A stretch of 64,000 nt of DNA from Polyangiaceae bacterium (GTDB lineage: Bacteria > Myxococcota_A > Polyangia > Polyangiales > Polyangiaceae): assembly GCA_044376115.1 (NCBI GenBank), contig JBILLK010000004.1, positions 320,001 through 384,000 on the forward strand, in the 5' to 3' direction. The notes beneath the pieces were generated by a model. The model searched no databases. It was not told the origin of the DNA and saw only the letters and a list, made by a program, of their open reading frames with translations. A program made the translations under genes and the position numbers. Shown piece by piece: positions 59,699-64,000 of this stretch. Each line of letters opens with the position of its first letter. Position 1 is the stretch's first letter.

Positions 59699-61276
59699 AT
59701 GGCACGACGTAACGTTCGTCCGCTGGCGCTGGCCTCGGCGCTGCTGCTTGGATGCACCGGGGAGATCGGCGTTGGCGATTCGGATCCGCCCGCTCCGCAG
59801 CCGCAGCCGCAATGCACCACGCTCGCAAGCCCCGGCGCGCCGGTGCCGATGCGCAGGCTGACCGCGCTGCAGGTGGAGCGCAGCGCACGCGACGCGCTCG
59901 GGGTCGCAACGCCCGTCGCCGTCTCCGACGAGACGCTGTTCGCCTTTCGCAGCAACATCTCGAGCGCCGTCGACTTCGTCGGGGCCTTCGGTTACCTGAC
60001 CTTCGCCGAACAGACGGTCGCCGCCGCCGACCTCTCGGCGTGCGAAAGTGAGGGCCCGGCTTGCGCGAGCTGGTTGTTCGAAGACGTAGCGCCGCGGCTC
60101 TTTCGACGACCCCTGAGCGAGGCCGAGCTGGCGCGATACCAAACGCTGTACGCCGCTGGCGTTGCCGCCGAAGGCCCGCGCGAGGGTGCACGTTGGGCGC
60201 TGGAGGCGATGCTGCAAAGCCCGACCTTCCTCTACCTGGACGAGGTGACGCGCGACGACGGTTACCTCGACGGCCCGAGCATCGCTTCGCGTTTGGCCTT
60301 CACGCTTTGGGGTTCTTCACCCGATGCGGAGTTGCTCGCCAAGGCTACCGCTGGAGAGCTCGATACAGCGGAGGGCGTACGCACCGAGGCCGAACGCATG
60401 CTCGAAGATCCGCGCAGCATCGGTGGCCTCACCGACTTCGTCGACCAGTGGTTGCGCCTGTCCAAGCTGAACGATCCCGACGCGAGGCCGGATTTGGAGG
60501 CGCTCGGCGCAGAGACGCTGGCCGCTATGCGCGCCGAACCGGTGCAGCTCTTTCGCCTGTTGCTCGAGGAAGACGCAGACGTCGCGACCTTGCTCACGAT
60601 CAGCAAGACAGCCGCCGATCCGAACATGGCGGCGCTCTACGCTAGCGACATCCTCAGCGAAGCCGATGGCACCTTCACCCTCGATCCCGAGCGGCGCGCC
60701 GGCCTGCTCAGCTTGCCCGGCGTGATGGCGGCGCTCTCCCACGCCGAGGCGACCTCCCCCACCCTGCGCGGCTTCGCCGTGCTGTCGAACTTTCTGTGCA
60801 CGCCGCCACCTCCACCGCCCGCCGGGGTGAGCGTGACCTTGCCCGACATCGGCGAAGGCAAGACCACGCGCGAGCGTTTGGAGGCGCACTTCAGCGATCC
60901 GACTTGCGCGGCTTGTCACGCGCCGATGGACGGCATCGGCTTCGCGTTCGAGGGGCTCGATTGGCTCGGCCGCAGCCGCGATCAAGAGTTCGGCAAGCCG
61001 ATCGACGACAGCTCGACCTTCCCGCTCGACAACGTGGAGGTCACGGTCGAAGGCGTGTCCGGGCTGGCCAATGAAATGGCGACGAGCCCTGGCGTTGGCG
61101 AGTGTGTAGCGCGGCAGTGGTTGAGCTACGGCGCCGGCGTTCCCGACAAAGCCGAGGCTGCCTGTTTGGTGGACGCGCTCGCGACGGACCTCACCCAGCC
61201 GGGCGGATTACGCGCCATGATCCTCGGCTTCGTCAGCTCGGATTGGTATCGCCGCGGACCTGGAGCAGAACAATGA
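59699..61276 (+). CDS. DUF1592/DUF1588/DUF1595 (PSD/PSCyt) lipoprotein with single CxxCH heme site
   Basis: LGC lipobox; MRRLT, RLFRRPL, MLQSPTFLY, ASRLAF.LW.S.PD.ELL, RAGLL, TSPTLRG, TTRER...H...TCAACH..MD.IGFAFE. Confidence 0.88.
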   Translation: MARRNVRPLALASALLLGCTGEIGVGDSDPPAPQPQPQCTTLASPGAPVPMRRLTALQVERSARDALGVATPVAVSDETLFAFRSNISSAVDFVGAFGYLTFAEQTVAAADLSACESEGPACASWLFEDVAPRLFRRPLSEAELARYQTLYAAGVAAEGPREGARWALEAMLQSPTFLYLDEVTRDDGYLDGPSIASRLAFTLWGSSPDAELLAKATAGELDTAEGVRTEAERMLEDPRSIGGLTDFVDQWLRLSKLNDPDARPDLEALGAETLAAMRAEPVQLFRLLLEEDADVATLLTISKTAADPNMAALYASDILSEADGTFTLDPERRAGLLSLPGVMAALSHAEATSPTLRGFAVLSNFLCTPPPPPPAGVSVTLPDIGEGKTTRERLEAHFSDPTCAACHAPMDGIGFAFEGLDWLGRSRDQEFGKPIDDSSTFPLDNVEVTVEGVSGLANEMATSPGVGECVARQWLSYGAGVPDKAEAACLVDALATDLTQPGGLRAMILGFVSSDWYRRGPGAEQ

Positions 61277-62601
61277 GTCGTTCAATTCGTATGCCCTCAC
61301 GACGTACGCTCCTACGCGCTGGGCTCGGTAGTGGAGCGTTGGCGGCCGCAGGCAGCGCGCTCGGCCTCTTCCCCTGGCTGGGAGCGGCCAAAGCCGCAGC
61401 GGTTCCGCCGCGACTGCTGCTCTTCTTCACGCCGCACGGCACCGTGTGGGATCAGTGGCGGCCCAGCGGTAGCGAGACCAATTTCACCCTCTCGCCGATC
61501 CTCGATCCGCTCGCGGCGCACAAGGATCGGCTGGTGATCGTGGACGGCGTCGAGCTCGTCACCGGCACCTCGTATTACATCCCGCACACTTACACGATGC
61601 CGCTCTTGTGGACCGGCTCACCGATCGACACCGCGTCGACGTTGTTCTGCCGCGAGGACCATATGCAGTGTTTCGGTTGGAACACCGCACCTTCGGTGGA
61701 CCAAGTGATCGCAGCGAACTTGGGCGGCACGCCCACGCCGTACAACACGATCGAGCTCGGCGTCGGTTGTGGTGGTTTGCACCCCGCGACGCGCATGATC
61801 TACAGCGCCGCCGCCGAGCCGCGCAGCCCGCTCGATTCGCCGGAGGCGGCCTTTGCCACGCTGTTCGCCGGCATCAGCCAGGATCAGGAACAAGCGGCGA
61901 AAGACGCTCTTCGGCGCAAGAGCGTGCTTGATACGGCGCTCGAAGACTTCGGCTCGCGGCGCGCCAAGCTGACGCCCGCCGACAAGAGCCGGCTCGACGC
62001 CCACGCCGACGCCATTCGCGAAGTGGAGCTCGCGCTGACGGCGGTCTGTTCACCGCCTGCCGCGCCCATCGACGTGAACAGCGAGACGGCGATCGATCGG
62101 CAGTCGGATTTGCTCACGGCGGCCTTCGCCTGCGGGCTCACGCGCGTCGCCAGCCTTCAGGTGCGCATCGCCGACAACGACAACACGCTCTACCCCTGGC
62201 TCGGTCTCAATGCCGGCGGTCACCACACGATGAGCCATGATTCGGGCCCCGCCGCACAGGCGCAGCTCGCGCAGGTGTATCGCTGGTACGCCCAACGCTT
62301 CGCCTACCTTTTGGATCGGCTGGCCGCCACGCCTGACGCCGACGGCCGCAGCGTGCTCGACAATACGGTGATCATCTGGGGCTCCGAGCTCGGACGCGCG
62401 TGGGACCACGACATCAGCAACGTGCCCTTCCTGTTTGCAGGCTCCACCGACATCCTGCGCGGCGGGCGCTATCTCTCCGGCAGCAAGCTCTCGCACAATC
62501 GCGTGCTCGTCACCGCGATGCACGCGATGGGCCTCACCGAAACCGAGCAGTTTGGTTCGCTCGATCAAGGCGCCGGGCCGCTCCCCGGCGTGCTCGTCTA
62601 G
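61273..62601 (+). CDS. DUF1552 (HXXSHH) family Tat-exported protein
   Basis: SRRTLLR; PHGT, LSPIL.PL, SVDQ.IA, RKSVLD, DK.RLDAH...IRE.E, FACGLTRVA, HHTMSH, SVLDNT...GSE. Confidence 0.88.
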   Translation: MSRSIRMPSRRTLLRAGLGSGALAAAGSALGLFPWLGAAKAAAVPPRLLLFFTPHGTVWDQWRPSGSETNFTLSPILDPLAAHKDRLVIVDGVELVTGTSYYIPHTYTMPLLWTGSPIDTASTLFCREDHMQCFGWNTAPSVDQVIAANLGGTPTPYNTIELGVGCGGLHPATRMIYSAAAEPRSPLDSPEAAFATLFAGISQDQEQAAKDALRRKSVLDTALEDFGSRRAKLTPADKSRLDAHADAIREVELALTAVCSPPAAPIDVNSETAIDRQSDLLTAAFACGLTRVASLQVRIADNDNTLYPWLGLNAGGHHTMSHDSGPAAQAQLAQVYRWYAQRFAYLLDRLAATPDADGRSVLDNTVIIWGSELGRAWDHDISNVPFLFAGSTDILRGGRYLSGSKLSHNRVLVTAMHAMGLTETEQFGSLDQGAGPLPGVLV

Positions 62602-62610
62602 CCGACCGCG

Positions 62611-63618
62611 CTAGTTGCACTCACAGTCGCTGGGCGGCGTCCAGACGCCCATCCACGGCAGCGCTCGCTCGCTGTTGACGCAGCTCTTGGCGTAACAAGC
62701 CTTGTTTCCCCCGCAGGCGCCCGGGGCTTTGGTGTCGCAGGTGAGCGTGCCAACCGAGGGGGACATGCGAGTGCAATACGTCTCGATCGAATGCTCGATC
62801 TCGCCGTAAACATGGGCACAAACCTCGTTCTCCGCGCAGTCGCTGTGTCGCGTGCACTCGTAGCGATGGTCCGCTTTCACCGCTAGGAACTGCTTGCTAC
62901 CGCTCGCCACGCACGTGGCGCCCGCCGGCGAAACGGCGCAGATCGGCTTGTCGAGCGGGCATTTGCGTCCGCCCACGCAGCTCGCCGGCCGCACCGGCCG
63001 GTTGACCATGCAGATGCCCAAGCCGGTAGCGTCCTTCGAGCACTCCCCTTTGGAGCAAGGCCCGCCGCCTTCGGCGCAACGCTCGTATTCGCACTCGGAT
63101 TCGGCGTCGGCTGCGGCCACGCACACCGCCGACTCGCTGACGTTTCGATTCAAACGCCGACAACAGACGTTGGCCGCAGGGCAATCGGAAGCGTCGTCGC
63201 ATTCGATGCCAACGGCGCCGTCGAGATCGCCGACCGGCGTTTTCCGTTCCATGCAAGCGAGGCCCAAGACGAGTGAAGCGTAGTCGCAACGCTCTTCCGA
63301 AGCGTCGCAGCGCACCCTACCGCAGGCGACCGTCCCCACCGTCGAACCAGGTACCGGAGCGTCGGTCTCGGGCACGTTTGGAAAGATGGTTGGAACGGCG
63401 CGCGCTCGGGCGCTCGGAACGGCCGCGGCAGCCGAGCTCCGCGCCACCGCGGACGAAGACGCCGCTGCGGCCGACGACGCGGCTGCGCTCGCGCTCAGAC
63501 TTGGAGCTGAGACCACGCTCGGTGCAGTCGCCAGCGGAGTTGGCTCACCGCAAGCCGACGCAAGGCAAGCAGACGCAACAAAGAAGATAGCCCCAACGCG
63601 CAATGCTCCCCAACCCAT
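62611..63618 (-). CDS. Cys-rich lipoprotein of unknown function
   Basis: ATG 63618, signal ending SAC, Ser/Ala linker, repeated C-D-D-A-S-D-C...VCC-type modules. Confidence 0.7.
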   Translation of the reverse strand: MGWGALRVGAIFFVASACLASACGEPTPLATAPSVVSAPSLSASAAASSAAAASSSAVARSSAAAAVPSARARAVPTIFPNVPETDAPVPGSTVGTVACGRVRCDASEERCDYASLVLGLACMERKTPVGDLDGAVGIECDDASDCPAANVCCRRLNRNVSESAVCVAAADAESECEYERCAEGGGPCSKGECSKDATGLGICMVNRPVRPASCVGGRKCPLDKPICAVSPAGATCVASGSKQFLAVKADHRYECTRHSDCAENEVCAHVYGEIEHSIETYCTRMSPSVGTLTCDTKAPGACGGNKACYAKSCVNSERALPWMGVWTPPSDCECN

Positions 63619-63746
63619 CGCAGCGGCGTAGCAAGCAGCCTCGAGCATCGTCAATAGCGCCGGCACCGGATCGCCTGGAGCGACGAGCATCAACCTTCGG
63701 TTGAATAAAGTTGAGCCGTGAACGCGGGTTGCTGCCACTGACCAGG

Positions 63747-64000
63747 GTGCGCAATCAAAACCGATTCGGCGTGTGGGTTCTTGTGAGTTCGTTCGTGCTG
63801 CCCCTCGGCTGCGATGACACCGCGAACGTCGCTGACGCTGGCGGCGGCTCCGGCGGCAGCGGAGCTTCGAGCAACAACGGTGGCTCGAACAGCGGCGGCT
63901 CGAACAGCGGCGGCTCGAACAGCGGCGGCTCAACCAACGGCGGCTCGAATAGCGGCGGCTCAACCAACGGCGGCGGCACCGGTGGGGTTGGCGGCCCGCC
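63747..64000 (+). CDS. Lipoprotein with Gly/Ser/Asn linker, 3'-truncated by window edge
   Basis: GTG 63747: MRNQNRFGVWVLVSSFVLPLGC-DDTANV...GGSNSGGSNS; not in the ORF track because it has no stop in the window. Confidence 0.7.
   Translation, partial: MRNQNRFGVWVLVSSFVLPLGCDDTANVADAGGGSGGSGASSNNGGSNSGGSNSGGSNSGGSTNGGSNSGGSTNGGGTGGVGGP
63879..63968 (+). repeat. 15-bp coding tandem repeat, 6 units (GGSNS/GGSTN)
   Basis: Units ggcggctcgaacagc and ggcggctcaaccaac. Confidence 0.85.

Noticed and set aside
63879..63968. Possible CRISPR or non-coding repeat array
   Set aside because: 15-bp units with no spacers, in frame within a lipoprotein Gly/Ser linker.

Overview
GC-rich, gene-dense 64-kb window, most likely from a myxobacterium (Polyangiales-like). 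This is inferred from the Cys-rich and Gly/Ser-linker lipoproteins, PilY1-type proteins, DUF2330, DUF1592/DUF1552 pair, MYXO-CTERM-like tail and several sigma54 promoters. No rRNA, tRNA, CRISPR array, transposase or prophage was recognisable. From left to right: two tandem PilY1/PilC-like adhesin + small lipoprotein units; gcvT-gcvH; a GT-C-type glycosyltransferase with no canonical start codon; an aromatic acyl-CoA (anthranilate/benzoate-type) catabolic cluster split by a Pho-box phosphate island (phoD, OprO/P-like porin, HAD lipoprotein) and a sigma54 DUF2330 pair; an L,D-transpeptidase; a three-heme cytochrome c peroxidase downstream of a CheA-like kinase that carries an in-frame TAA; a B12-mutase cluster (icmF, a single-chain beta-alpha methylmalonyl-CoA mutase fusion, meaB); ligA; a damaged ECF42-type DoxX/YciI locus; a Tat-lipoprotein caspase-like protease with two Tudor/Agenet-like domains; a six-gene operon; and a DUF1592/DUF1552 pair. 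The best candidate for an undescribed system is the six-gene operon at 53185-58031. It encodes a PAS kinase, Roadblock/MglB, an oxygen-binding di-iron protein (ODP), a REC-DUF4388-TPR protein, a TM-OmpA protein and a TM-coiled-coil-Roadblock protein. It sits behind a sigma54-type promoter with tandem GCA-N5-TGC sites, and promoter elements are shared with the second pilY1 gene. All family calls come from reading motifs by eye; no database searches were run.
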